A DNA stretch of 64,000 nt from Thermodesulfobacteriota bacterium (GCA_963675595.2 CAXXLZ010000001.1:928001-992000), one strand, 5' to 3'. Shown: positions 1 to 10,485, numbered from the stretch's first letter. Made by a program: numbers and translations. Notes: generated by a model not told the origin, from the sequence alone.

Positions 1-280
1 GGTCCACTCCCATTTTGGTCAGAAACTGTTCCTTGGAAGGGAGGTTGACCACCAACTCGTCGATTCTTGGCAGGGCGATGAAATCGTAGGGATGCTCATT
101 GTCCAGGTTGGCCCAAACTACGTCTCCCTTGCTGACGATGGTGCTGTCTTCCAGAGCGACGAAGATTTCCTCAGGAAAATCTTCTCGCCGGTAAAACTGC
201 CTCACGATTAGCATCACCATGGCTTTCTCAACGGTGATCTCTTCGGGTCTTGTTTCGGTGAAATTTCCAAAAAAAGTCAA
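1..280 (-). CDS. Hypothetical protein, 5' part only (runs off window start)
   Basis: Manual translation from TTG at 280 after an AGGAG RBS: LTFFGNFTETRPEEITVEKAMVMLIVRQFYRREDFPEEIF..., open to position 1. Confidence 0.55.
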   Translation of the reverse strand, partial: MTFFGNFTETRPEEITVEKAMVMLIVRQFYRREDFPEEIFVALEDSTIVSKGDVVWANLDNEHPYDFIALPRIDELVVNLPSKEQFLTKMGVD

Positions 281-446
281 AAGCGATTCTCCTACCGTCG
301 GGTCGGAATAAAAGAGGAAGTCTTCATCTCAGCTTCGCGAAAATGGAGGCGGAAATGGCTCCCGTTTTTCTCAAAGCATCTGAAATAAAGACTCCCTTGG
401 AGTGTAGGCGGTTTAGGGATTCACCGAAGTGAATCCCCATTGCCGG

Positions 447-2498
447 TTATTTGAACAGATCGGATTTGGGTTCGTAACCGAATTCTTCTTCGGTCAGCGC
501 TTCCCAGCTGTCGTAAATGGGCATCGGCGGCAGCTTATCCAATTCGGGGAACCAGCGCTTCAGGGTGGAGCGTCTGGAGTGCTTGCCTCTCAAGGGCAGC
601 TCGTTCCAGGGCAGATGCGCGTACATGAGGGAGTAGACCGGTCCGATAACCGCTTTGTTGACCAAGTGCTGGTCCATGATGCAGTTCATGATGACCGGGC
701 CGCTCTTTTCCGCGATTCCGTAGGCGGTCTTCAGGTCTTCTTTGAACTTTTCGGAACGGTTGCACACCATGCCGGTGCCGCCGAACACGTCGCAGAGTTT
801 GTCGAAGCGGGTGTCGAGCGGACGTTCCTCACCCATCATGGTGACGCCCATCCAGTCGTTGCCGAAGACATCCTGGTCGCCCAGCATATCCCAGTTGGGA
901 CCGTACCAGGGGTACTTCATACCGGGCATCCAACCGCAGTTGTTGGTGACCAGGTAGACGATGGGGAGTTTGTACATAACGGCCACATGGATATCCAGTG
1001 CGCCGTTCATCATACCGGAGTCGCCCATGAGCGCCAGGAACGGAATCTTGGAACCGTTTTCCAGGTCGCCGATGGCCGCACCGATGGCTTGGCCGACGCC
1101 GTGACCCACACCGGCCTGGTCGTTGGCCGTGATGCAGGAACCGGGCCTGGTGAACTGCAGGTACGGCATAACAAAGTCACTCATGGTGTAACCATCAATG
1201 GCCACACGGACCGCACTGCCGTAAAGTTCCTCGTTCACTTCCCGGATGATCTGGGACATGTAACCGAAGTGCAGGATATCTTTGGATTTGTATCTCGGAT
1301 GATCCGGACCGTACTTGTAGGCCTTGGCCGTACGAGCGGAAGTCGCGTCGGCATTGGACTTCTTGCAGCGTGCCGCCCACTCTTCGCGTTCGGGGCTGAG
1401 CTTGTCGTAGCCGTTCTTCTTGATGCACTCGTTGAGCTGCTTCATGACGACTTTGGTGTTTCCGACAAGAGCGGCCTTGGTGTTCACGTAGGTCCAGACG
1501 TACTCGTTGCAGGGAGCGATCTGGATGGACTGCGGCCAACCGCCCGCATAGCCGTCAAAAAAGCCGACCTTGAGGCCGATGGGAATCATCAGGTCGAACT
1601 CGTTGCGGAATTTGGGGAAGCCGCGGTGGGCCATTTCGTGCTTTTCCGTGACCGCCGCGCGACCGATACGCCGAGTGTTGAAAGGAATCTTCGTCAGATT
1701 GACGAATTCCTCGATTTCCGGACCGGCCTGATCCCAAGTGGCATAGTCGCCCAGAATGATGAAGGGCTTCTTGCACTCGAAAATGGCCTTGGCCGCTTTC
1801 TCGATAGAGGCCGGGTCCGCGCCCATGGTGATGGGGGTCGTGGTTTCTTCCTGACGCCAATTGGGCACGTAGTCGGCATGCTGGGGAAAGAATCCGCCCC
1901 AGTAATGCTCGCGGGCCTCGTCCTTCATGAACAGACAGTCGATGCCCAGCTCGAAGGCCACCGGACCCATGGGGGCGGTGGTGGCGACGCGGAAGCCACG
2001 AGTCATGAACTGCTTGACGGACCAGGGATAGAAGCAGCGCTGGGCCCACTTGGTAATGTGGGTGAAGAACTCGGCGCAGATACTTTCCTGGATCGTGTTG
2101 TAGAGGTGGTCGTGTTCCTGCTCGATACCACCCGCCAGATAGATGATGGGGGAGTTGCTGAGAAAAGCCTGCTGCAAGGGGCTGAAAGCGTTGCCCGTGC
2201 CGGGGCCGACCGTACCAAAGGCCACCGCGGGTTTCTGGGTGACCTGAGTATAGGCTTCCGCAGCATAAACCGCGGTTTGCTCATGGCCGAAGATCACCAG
2301 TTTGATGCCGATACGGGAAATAGCATCCACGAAATGCCAAATGTGACCGCCGGGAACACCCCAGGCAACCGTTACGCCCTGCTCCCGAAGGATTTCGGCC
2401 ACGTACTTACCCACGGACGGGTAGAGCTCACGTTTTCCTAAAGGAACATCTAATTTTTTCTGCGCTTCTTCGTCGAATTCGATTCCAAGCTTCGGCAT
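447..2498 (-). CDS. Thiamine-diphosphate-dependent enzyme (acetolactate synthase / 2-hydroxyacyl-CoA lyase superfamily)
   Basis: N-terminal WGVPGG..HEQTA..AAEAY, TVGPG; C-terminal TPP-binding GDSG...NN motif. Confidence 0.9.
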   Translation of the reverse strand: MPKLGIEFDEEAQKKLDVPLGKRELYPSVGKYVAEILREQGVTVAWGVPGGHIWHFVDAISRIGIKLVIFGHEQTAVYAAEAYTQVTQKPAVAFGTVGPGTGNAFSPLQQAFLSNSPIIYLAGGIEQEHDHLYNTIQESICAEFFTHITKWAQRCFYPWSVKQFMTRGFRVATTAPMGPVAFELGIDCLFMKDEAREHYWGGFFPQHADYVPNWRQEETTTPITMGADPASIEKAAKAIFECKKPFIILGDYATWDQAGPEIEEFVNLTKIPFNTRRIGRAAVTEKHEMAHRGFPKFRNEFDLMIPIGLKVGFFDGYAGGWPQSIQIAPCNEYVWTYVNTKAALVGNTKVVMKQLNECIKKNGYDKLSPEREEWAARCKKSNADATSARTAKAYKYGPDHPRYKSKDILHFGYMSQIIREVNEELYGSAVRVAIDGYTMSDFVMPYLQFTRPGSCITANDQAGVGHGVGQAIGAAIGDLENGSKIPFLALMGDSGMMNGALDIHVAVMYKLPIVYLVTNNCGWMPGMKYPWYGPNWDMLGDQDVFGNDWMGVTMMGEERPLDTRFDKLCDVFGGTGMVCNRSEKFKEDLKTAYGIAEKSGPVIMNCIMDQHLVNKAVIGPVYSLMYAHLPWNELPLRGKHSRRSTLKRWFPELDKLPPMPIYDSWEALTEEEFGYEPKSDLFK

Positions 2499-2530
2499 TC
2501 TAGTTTACCTCTCTTTGTTTGATAGTTGTT

Positions 2531-2714
2531 CTCTTCTTGCGCAATGAGGACGAGATTGAGGTTCATGCCAATGATGCTGTTTGAGAATCGACAGTTCATC
2601 CCTATCAGCTTTTCTCTTGCTTGGACACCACCTCCCATTCCTTGCGGCCGTGCTCTTCTTGCGCAATGAGGACGAGATTGAGGTTCATGCCAATGATGCT
2701 ATTCAAGAATCGAC
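2531..2714. repeat. Tandem 62-bp direct repeat (2531-2592 and 2653-2714) in the upstream region of the TPP enzyme
   Basis: CTCTTCTTGCGCAATGAGGACGAGATTGAGGTTCATGCCAATGATGCT is identical in both copies; 3 mismatches in the next 14 nt; period 122 bp. Confidence 0.95.
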
Positions 2715-3452
2715 CCTTTGCCCCTATGCAGCGATTGCCGTTTCTTACTCACCACCTTTCCTCGCTCGATTGATGGTTCGTATCGGGTCAAGATGTATCT
2801 TTAGGATGAGGAGGGTTTCCACATGGTCGCACCCAACCTGATTCCCTGACGATGGGAGCGATCAACCATGCCGAATTTTCACCGAAATTAGGACAAAAGA
2901 ATTTTTGTGTCAAGAGGTTTTTTCCGAGTGCTGTCCCGATTTTTTTGGTCTTTCTTGAGCGTTGATAGACATGACGCCCCTTTTTTTGAATGCCGATACT
3001 AGGTTCGTGGTTTCAGAAATATGGGTATCGGATAAAAGGGAACAAAAAAGTGCTCGGCTTTGCCGTCACGACTCGGAAACAACGGAAGCCAATCGGAGTA
3101 AGGAATCCTTATCTATCGGTCGTAACATGCTGTTGTCAGAGGCAATCTTTCGCTTCCTCAATATGATGGCCCGCTTTGCTCTTGCACGGAATCGAGGATG
3201 GAAGCAAGACGGTCAACTCGGAAGATCAGGATGTACCCGCAGCGAACTCCGGCCCCTTTATGGGCCCGGCGATCTCATGCCGTGTCCTCTATTATGAGGC
3301 ATCTCCATGATGCCGTTCCAGTGAAAACTCGTTGAAACCGTCGTGATCCATGTTATTCTTTCTCCCAAAATCGATGCCGACCAAATGCCGTTGCGCCGCA
3401 ACGACTCAGCGAAAAGGCGGACTCCAACCCATTCGACAGGGGAGCGGATGAT

Positions 3453-4007
3453 ATGCGACACGATATGGCGGCCGTTCGGGAGCGCAGCCTCCTGCTTGTC
3501 GTCGATGTTCAGGAGGCGATGCGCAAAGCGATTTCGGGGTGGGAGGATACCTTGCACAGGATCAGGCAACTGGTTCGAGCCGCAAGTGTGTTGGACGTTC
3601 CCATTCTGGTGACGGAACATTACAAAAAAGGGCTCGGTGCAACCGTTGCCGAGCTTGCCGGTGAGCTGAAAGGTGTTGCGGTCTTTGAAAAGGAATACTT
3701 CAGCGCCTGTTTGGAGGATGGTTTTCTGGAACAAGTTCGCGGCTACGGGCGCGACCTCATCGTTTTGGCGGGTATGGAGACCCACGTCTGTGTCTTTCAG
3801 ACGGGGCTGGACTTGATTCGCTTCGGATATCGAGTCCATTTGGTGCGCAATGCCGTGGCTTCGCGGTTTGCCGAAGATCGTGAAACCGGAATAGAGGTTT
3901 TCCGGCAAGCCGGCGCGGTGATTTCCTCTGCCGAGACGGTCATCTTTCAATGGATCTGTCGATCCAATACTCCTGAATTCCGAGAAGTCTTACCCATTGT
4001 CAAATGA
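3453..4007 (+). CDS. Isochorismatase-family cysteine hydrolase
   Basis: LLVVDVQE, TEHY..GLG, EKEYFS, GMETHVCV motifs. Confidence 0.9.
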   Translation: MRHDMAAVRERSLLLVVDVQEAMRKAISGWEDTLHRIRQLVRAASVLDVPILVTEHYKKGLGATVAELAGELKGVAVFEKEYFSACLEDGFLEQVRGYGRDLIVLAGMETHVCVFQTGLDLIRFGYRVHLVRNAVASRFAEDRETGIEVFRQAGAVISSAETVIFQWICRSNTPEFREVLPIVK

Positions 4008-4115
4008 AGCCGGTAACCCAATTCGCCGTCTCTATGGCGGACCGGCCGTGCGGCGTCACGGGTCGAGCGGTCCGTTTCCGCTGAGAACGACGCAAAGAAC
4101 GGAAGGATACGGGAT

Positions 4116-5180
4116 ATGGACACGGATGTGTACCGCAGGTTGCAGAAGCACCTTGATCGCTTGCCCATGGGCTTCCCTCAGTCCGAGTCGGGTGTGGAAA
4201 TGGAGATCATCCGGAAACTCTTCAATCCGGAGGAAGCCGAAATCGCTTGCGCCATGGATGTCAGACCCGAATCCCCCATCGCCGTGGCCGAACGTCTCGG
4301 CCGCGATCCGGAAGAGACTCGGGAAAAACTGATGGAAATGTCGCGCAAGGGGCTCATTTTCAGGACCGAACGGGACGGTGAAACCCTCTTCTCCGGTGCG
4401 GCCTTCGTCGTGGGTATTTACGAGTATCAAGTGAAGCGTATGGATAAGGACTTGGCGGAGAAAAAGGACCGTTATCTCAAGGAGGCCTTTTTCAAAGAAT
4501 GGCATCCAAAAGTGGGCGCTTCTTCCTTTTCGCGTGTCATGCCGGTGGGAAAGAGCATCACGCCGGATCTCGGCATCAAGCCCTGGGAAGAAATCCGTTC
4601 CATTGTTGAGGCACAGGAGCGCATTGCGGTGACGGACTGCATTTGCCGGGTCAAAGCCGGGTTGCTGGGTCGTCCCTGTGAGAAACCCATGGAAACCTGT
4701 TTCGCCTTCGGTGCCGGCGCCCGGTTCTATATCGAAAACGGATGGGCTAGAGAAGTGAGCCGTGAGGAGGCCCTCGAGATTATCGACAAATGTGAGGGAG
4801 AAGGTATGGTGCTGAGCCCGTCCAATGCACAAGCACCGGTAGCCATGTGCATCTGCTGTCCCTGTTGTTGCGACGTGCTCCACAGCATCAAACGATTCCC
4901 CAAACCCGCCATGGTCCTGAATTCGGGCTTTTGCAGTGAAATCGATCCCGACAAATGTCTGGCCTGTGAAACCTGTATTGAGCGATGCCCCATGGAGGCG
5001 ATTCAACTTTCGGACGGATCGGCCGTCGTGGACGATGGGCGGTGCATAGGTTGCGGGGTTTGCGTGTCCGCTTGTCCCGAAGAAGCCGTTCAACTGATAA
5101 GGCGGGAAGCCGTTGTCGATCCTCCTCAACGCATCGGGCATTTATTCAAGCAAATGGCGGTGGAAAGAGGAAAAGCCTGA
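4116..5180 (+). CDS. 4Fe-4S dicluster-domain protein with N-terminal HTH-like region
   Basis: CLACETCIERCP and CIGCGVCVSACP ferredoxin motifs, plus CICR and CICCPCCC. Confidence 0.85.
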   Translation: MDTDVYRRLQKHLDRLPMGFPQSESGVEMEIIRKLFNPEEAEIACAMDVRPESPIAVAERLGRDPEETREKLMEMSRKGLIFRTERDGETLFSGAAFVVGIYEYQVKRMDKDLAEKKDRYLKEAFFKEWHPKVGASSFSRVMPVGKSITPDLGIKPWEEIRSIVEAQERIAVTDCICRVKAGLLGRPCEKPMETCFAFGAGARFYIENGWAREVSREEALEIIDKCEGEGMVLSPSNAQAPVAMCICCPCCCDVLHSIKRFPKPAMVLNSGFCSEIDPDKCLACETCIERCPMEAIQLSDGSAVVDDGRCIGCGVCVSACPEEAVQLIRREAVVDPPQRIGHLFKQMAVERGKA

Positions 5181-5392
5181 CGGAAGACGACGGGCGTGAT
5201 CCGGCGTTGAAGGCGGATCACGCTTTGTTTCGGTCTCCGAGGCGTGCAACTCATGACGACTCGGTCTTCAATATCAGCGTGCCCGGGCCTCATCCTAGTT
5301 GAGCCGCCCGGGCTTTTTTGAATGAGCCGGCGATTGCCGCAAAAGGCCGTTCCCGGGCCGTTGCCGCGGCGAAAGGGAGAGTGGGTGACGGA

Positions 5393-6133
5393 ATGCAGTC
5401 CGAAGGCATTGACAGAGAACGATTCATTCTTCGGAGCGACGGGCTTAATCTTCGGGTTTTCACCGCCAAGCCGGCCGACTTTTCCGGTCGTTTGCCTTCG
5501 GTTCAGATTCATCATGCCGGCGGCGGATACGAGCCGGTGTATGAACATATGGCCGAGCAATTAGCCGAGCTGGGGTTCGTGGGTATCTGCATGATTCACA
5601 GGGGATATCCGGGCTCGGAAGGAAACATGGAGTACGGAAAAGGCGAAGTCACGGATATCGGCCGACTTGCCGAAGAAATGGCCGAACGTACTTACATCGA
5701 TCCCGATGCCATGGGCGTGCTTGGATATTCACGGGGTGCGCACAACGTGCTGTTGGCCGTGGAGCGTTTCGACTATTTTCGTGCGGCGGCCCTTTGGAGC
5801 ACGCCCACGGACATGTTCGACCACGTGGCCGTGAATCCTTGGATATCCGAGATGTTTGGGGGACCTCCGGACGTGGTTCCCGAGGAATACCGATGTCGCT
5901 CGTCCATTTTGTTCGTCGACCGGGTGAATTGCCCCTTGTTGTTGCTGCACGGGGAGGACGACGGGGTCGTGCCCGTGCGCCACACCCTCCGGCTTGCAAA
6001 GGCACTGGACGAACTCGGGAAGCCCTATGAAATGAAGGTGTTTCCCGGGGAAGGGCACATCTGGTCCATGAAAGGCTTCTCGCTGAACTGGCGGTTGTCG
6101 GTGGAGTTCTTCAGACGTCTGTTGGCGAAATGA
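5393..6133 (+). CDS. S9 prolyl-oligopeptidase-like alpha/beta hydrolase
   Basis: GYSRGA nucleophile elbow, LLLHGEDDGVVP, EGH; start chosen after GGGAGA. Confidence 0.85.
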   Translation: MQSEGIDRERFILRSDGLNLRVFTAKPADFSGRLPSVQIHHAGGGYEPVYEHMAEQLAELGFVGICMIHRGYPGSEGNMEYGKGEVTDIGRLAEEMAERTYIDPDAMGVLGYSRGAHNVLLAVERFDYFRAAALWSTPTDMFDHVAVNPWISEMFGGPPDVVPEEYRCRSSILFVDRVNCPLLLLHGEDDGVVPVRHTLRLAKALDELGKPYEMKVFPGEGHIWSMKGFSLNWRLSVEFFRRLLAK

Positions 6134-6209
6134 CGTCCGGGAATCGGGAGACGGGGCGCGACCACTCTTTCCGTGAATCGACGCAGCCCCTTCCCGAACC
6201 GACCCGAAT

Positions 6210-7070
6210 CTAGGTTCGGTCGGCGACCTTTCTGGGACCGGGTCCCGAATAGGTCATCTCGCCGGCGATGGTTTCGGGGGGCATGGGCGCTTTCAACCGT
6301 TCTTTTCTCATAAGGGTTTCGTAGCCGTGCGCCATAAGTCCCAAGCCTCGGGACAGGCATACGAATCCCATGGCGGTTTCGGCGGGAATCCCGCATTCGC
6401 ACAGAATGGCGCCGCCGCCTCCATCCACATTCATTGGAATCGCTTCCTTGGCATAGACCGAAGGCAGCACCCTTTCAAAGGTTCTCGCCCACTGCACGAA
6501 TCGACCCGAGATGATTCCTTCCTCACGCGCCTCTTCCGCCAACTGGAACAACCGGACGACCCTGGGGTCTTCATCGTGTACGGGATGGCCGAATCCCGGC
6601 ACAAAGCCTTTCGCGGCCCGATATTCGTGACAAATTTCTCGGACGATGTCTTCCGGCTCTCGGCCGGTTTCCCGGCCGACTTGGTCGGCGCGGTAGAAAA
6701 GTCGGGTGGCCGCCTCGATGGGACCTCCATGAATCTCTCCGAGCAGATTGATTCCGGATGCGATGACACAGTTCAAAGGGATACCGCAGGTCGCGGCCAT
6801 GATGGAGGTGGCCACCGCGGGCGAATTGGCTCCGTGATCGCAGACGGCGACCAGCAGGGCTTCCAACAGAGTGCTGATCTTTCCGTGGGGAGCCAGTTCC
6901 CCCATGATCATGAGATACGCCATTTCTCCATAGGAGACTCGTCCCATCAAATCTTCGATGGCATAACCTTTAATAAGAAGCTCGTTTTTTCGCACTCGAA
7001 CGATGGACGTATCCCACCATCCCCGTTCCCCACCGGCGTCGTGAGGCATCCGTGAATTCCTTTCAACCAT
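6210..7070 (-). CDS. Citryl-CoA lyase / citrate-synthase-like protein
   Basis: DHG, HGG, PGFGHPVH..DPR, MNVDG motifs in a short (about 290 aa) protein. Confidence 0.85.
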   Translation of the reverse strand: MVERNSRMPHDAGGERGWWDTSIVRVRKNELLIKGYAIEDLMGRVSYGEMAYLMIMGELAPHGKISTLLEALLVAVCDHGANSPAVATSIMAATCGIPLNCVIASGINLLGEIHGGPIEAATRLFYRADQVGRETGREPEDIVREICHEYRAAKGFVPGFGHPVHDEDPRVVRLFQLAEEAREEGIISGRFVQWARTFERVLPSVYAKEAIPMNVDGGGGAILCECGIPAETAMGFVCLSRGLGLMAHGYETLMRKERLKAPMPPETIAGEMTYSGPGPRKVADRT

Positions 7071-7827
7071 CGAATTTCGCTTCTCGTTTCTCGACAAAAG
7101 CACGCGTTCCTTCCCGCATCTCACCTTTCGTCATGGTTTCGATCATGGGTCGGGCCGGCTCTTCGACGTTTCGAACGTAGGGGTCTCGGTCGCATTCCGT
7201 GAGAATCTTCTTGGACAGTCTCATGGCGAACGCGGCGTTGTGAGCGAGTTCTCTGCCCAGGGCATCCGCTCGTTCCCACAACTCTGCTTCCGGGTAAACC
7301 TTTTCCACGAGACCGAACTCGCGAGCCTCAAGCGCACCGACGCGTTCACCCGTGAGGACCAGGTACTTCGCCCGGGCGAGTCCCACGCTTCTCACCAACC
7401 GATCCAAATAGAGGTAGCTCTCCGCAACCCCGAGTTTCGAGGAAGGGATGCCCAGCGAAGCCTCCTCGGAAGCAATGCGGAAATCTGCGCAAAGAGCCAA
7501 CTCCAACCCCGTGCCCAAAGCATAGCCGTGAATCACGGCGACCAGCGGGCAGGGCAGGTCCTCCAACTTGGCGAACACCCGTTCCCGAAGGTCGTGAAAA
7601 CGTTTCAGTCCCGCCTCGTCGAAGGAACTCAGGTCGCGGATGTCCGCTCCCGCACAGAAACAGCCTCCTTCACCCTTCAGAATGACTGCTTTGGCCGAGT
7701 CCCGGCATCGATCGACGGCGGTCTCCAGTTCCCCGAGCAACTCACCGTTGACTGCGTTCTTTTTTTCGGGACGATTCAAAGACAGGAAAACGACGTTTGA
7801 ATCTTCTTGAAACAGCACCAAACTCAT
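7063..7827 (-). CDS. Enoyl-CoA hydratase/isomerase family protein
   Basis: LNRPEKKNA, FCAGADI, ALGTGLELALCADFRIA. Confidence 0.9.
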   Translation of the reverse strand: MSLVLFQEDSNVVFLSLNRPEKKNAVNGELLGELETAVDRCRDSAKAVILKGEGGCFCAGADIRDLSSFDEAGLKRFHDLRERVFAKLEDLPCPLVAVIHGYALGTGLELALCADFRIASEEASLGIPSSKLGVAESYLYLDRLVRSVGLARAKYLVLTGERVGALEAREFGLVEKVYPEAELWERADALGRELAHNAAFAMRLSKKILTECDRDPYVRNVEEPARPMIETMTKGEMREGTRAFVEKREAKFDG

Positions 7828-7857
7828 GGCGACTCCCCCCAATACGAGCCCTAATTC

Positions 7858-8430
7858 TCAGCGGCCTGCCGCAACGGCTTTCAATTTTTCGGCGCCGGGC
7901 GGCAGGTCGGTATTGTTGATTTCCTTCATGAAGGGCGCGTTTTCCGAGTAACGGATGCAACTATCCTTGATGTCCGGTCGGAACCAGAAGAATATGTGAA
8001 ACATCTGGGCTTCGGTAAGGCCGGGAAACATCTTCGTCAGGTCTTCCTTCCCGATGACGCTCTGGGCCTGCGTCAGATCGTAGCACGCGTCGTGGAAGAG
8101 ATCACGAAGGTGGGTGCACCCATTGGCGGCCCATTCTTTGTCCAGCCTCCGCATAAGACCCGGCACAATGCGTTCGCCGATAAGGAGGTCGAGCGATCGA
8201 TCGGCTTCCTGACAAATGGGGTCGGGAATCCGCACCATCTCGCATTTGATTTCCATGATCTTGAGAGAGGGTTGATTAACGAGCATGTGCAGTCTTAGGT
8301 GATGGGCAATGTCCTCCATTTCCGCGGCGACCCTTAGCTGCTTTCCAGGTGGAATTACAAAAATATCGACATTTTTCTTTCTGTTATAGACTAAGTGGTC
8401 TTCATTCTGAGCTTGTCTAAGTTTTTCCAC
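7858..8430 (-). CDS. DUF2889-like protein
   Basis: D..HHL, P..IC, GCTHL and C-terminal DSC pattern typical of DUF2889. Confidence 0.65.
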   Translation of the reverse strand: MEKLRQAQNEDHLVYNRKKNVDIFVIPPGKQLRVAAEMEDIAHHLRLHMLVNQPSLKIMEIKCEMVRIPDPICQEADRSLDLLIGERIVPGLMRRLDKEWAANGCTHLRDLFHDACYDLTQAQSVIGKEDLTKMFPGLTEAQMFHIFFWFRPDIKDSCIRYSENAPFMKEINNTDLPPGAEKLKAVAAGR

Positions 8431-8619
8431 CGTGAATCACCCTTTCGCATGTGTTGAACCGGTTGTTTTTAGAGTCCGTTTAAGGAAACCTGCTTCGCCT
8501 GAATAGTTGCCGGAGAGCATTCTTGTCAACCCCAAAGCCCTGATTCACAGTGGTCGGATGATCCGATTCGGAAACCCGACGGAGTCCGCACCGCCCGTGC
8601 GCCCCTCCCGGGGCCCTCT

Positions 8620-10485
8620 CTACCAATCTTCGGTTACCTCATAATCCCGGGCCGGGTTCAAGGCAAGACACAGATATCGGTCGCCTTCACGCAACAAGAT
8701 TCCGTCTTCCACCAAGTGGTCCAGACAAAGTCGGAATCGTTGGTCTCCGGAATAAGCTTTCCCCGTCTTGGCCTTGATCTCCCCGGCCAGAGAATCGAAA
8801 GGTCGGATACCGTCCGTGGCGAGGCAGGCGAGTGCAGGTTCTCCCTCGAGTTCTCGATCGGCGTTTCTCATGAACGGTCGGGTATCACGTAGAACAATCC
8901 GGTCTTGGGAGCGAACCTCGAAAGTGAGCTTTGGAGGATCCTGGGCGCTCCACGAACGCTTCCATGCATCCACCTGCTCGCGAAGCGGTTCTATGTAGGT
9001 GGGAATGTCTTCTTTGCCTCGGAAATCGGATTCGAAAAAGTAGGCCAACTGATCCAGGTCGGCTTGCCCGAACGGATACACGGAACGATAAGCCGGGTGC
9101 GCTCGTATGTTTTCGAGACCCCATTCCGCTCCTTGTTCGAACAGCGGGCTGAACCTCACGAGCAGCATGGGGCTGACTCCCATGGGTGGAAACAAATGAA
9201 GGATGGATGGAACCAATCGGGTCATGCGGTCATAGGCTTCCGGATCTTCGCCGGGAAAGCCGTAAAGCAGATTCCAAGTCGGATAAAGGGAATATTCACC
9301 GCACCATTTGAGGAAGCGGACATTTTGAAGAAGCGTTGTTCCTTTCCTCATATGGCTCAAGATTTCGGTGTCGAGACTTTCGATACCCGGCTGGAGCAGG
9401 GTCACACCCGCAGACTTCAGCAGCTTGATTTGGCTCTTGGTCAGGTTGGCTTTGGCTTCGAGATACAGCTCCTCAAGTCTGCCCCATTCGGCCAATGCGG
9501 GGAATAGGGTCTTGAAATAGCTCATGGTCACCACGGAATCCGTGAGTATGACTTTTCCCGTGCGGTATCGTTCCACGAGGGACTTTATTTCGTCCTCGGC
9601 GCGGCGGGCGCTTTTTGATCTGTAACGCAGCGATTGGCAGTTCAGACCGCAGAAGATGCATTGGGACTTCTTGCCCCACCAGCAACCTCGAGAAAATTCC
9701 AGAGAAATCGGGGCCTGTAGGACCTGATCGGGAGCCCATCGGTTGAGGGCCGCGAAGTAGTCGCTGAAGTCGGGGTAGGGCAGCCCGTCCATGTCCGGCG
9801 ATTCCCCCATCCCCTGGTCGACGATCCGGCCCTCTCTGCGGTGACGGACTCCGGGGATGCCCTCGGGGGATTCTCCTTTTTGCCACTTGGCCACTGCTTG
9901 AGGGAACGCCAGATCTCCTTCGCCGGTGAAGACCCAATCGACAAAAGGGAAGAGCCTCAGCAAGGCTTTTCCCATCTCCCCCTGACAGTTGGCTCCTCCG
10001 AAAGCAATGATCTTGTCCGGCCAACGTTCCTTGATTCGGCGGGCGAGCGCCAGGGATGCGATACTTTGGCTGAAAACCGAAGTGAAACCGATGATGCCGT
10101 AATCAGCCCAGGGAAGTCCTTCAAGGCATTGGTCGATAAAGGACCGGGCCAGAGGGCCGAGAGCTTCTATTCGATTCAGGAGGACTTCACCTTGCCGCCC
10201 CTCGGGAAGAAGAGGCGCTTGGATCCTGTGGAGATTCGCTCGTTCGGAACACGCCCACTCCTTTCCATACAGCATCTCGCCGAACACCCATTCGCCCGTG
10301 ACCAGCAGATCGGCAACGGCCTCATAGATATCCGGGCGGCCCATATGAGCCTGAAAGGCGACATTCAAGTAGCCGACGTCACAAGGCATGCCGGTGCTTT
10401 CCAGCGCCGGCTTCAACACGCTCAGAGCTGCGGAGGGATAGCGGGTGCTGGCGAAGGGCATATTCAGAAGGAACACTTTTTTCAT
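8620..10485 (-). CDS. RiPP-maturation radical SAM C-methyltransferase (B12-binding, rSAM_ocin_1-like)
   Basis: MPFAS..PSAALSVLK N-terminus, GFTSVFSQ, SRGCWWGKKSQCIFCGLN (CX7CX2C), QPGIES, WNLLYGFPGE, RFSP. Confidence 0.85.
   Translation of the reverse strand: MKKVFLLNMPFASTRYPSAALSVLKPALESTGMPCDVGYLNVAFQAHMGRPDIYEAVADLLVTGEWVFGEMLYGKEWACSERANLHRIQAPLLPEGRQGEVLLNRIEALGPLARSFIDQCLEGLPWADYGIIGFTSVFSQSIASLALARRIKERWPDKIIAFGGANCQGEMGKALLRLFPFVDWVFTGEGDLAFPQAVAKWQKGESPEGIPGVRHRREGRIVDQGMGESPDMDGLPYPDFSDYFAALNRWAPDQVLQAPISLEFSRGCWWGKKSQCIFCGLNCQSLRYRSKSARRAEDEIKSLVERYRTGKVILTDSVVTMSYFKTLFPALAEWGRLEELYLEAKANLTKSQIKLLKSAGVTLLQPGIESLDTEILSHMRKGTTLLQNVRFLKWCGEYSLYPTWNLLYGFPGEDPEAYDRMTRLVPSILHLFPPMGVSPMLLVRFSPLFEQGAEWGLENIRAHPAYRSVYPFGQADLDQLAYFFESDFRGKEDIPTYIEPLREQVDAWKRSWSAQDPPKLTFEVRSQDRIVLRDTRPFMRNADRELEGEPALACLATDGIRPFDSLAGEIKAKTGKAYSGDQRFRLCLDHLVEDGILLREGDRYLCLALNPARDYEVTEDW

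Noticed and set aside
429-2441. 670-aa + strand ORF, and other long antisense ORFs such as 12502-14931 and 27697-29187
   Set aside because: Shadow frames opposite genes with clear motifs; typical of high-GC coding DNA
2499-2960. TPP riboswitch upstream of the TPP enzyme
   Set aside because: Conserved THI-box elements are not recognisable in the expected order on the coding strand
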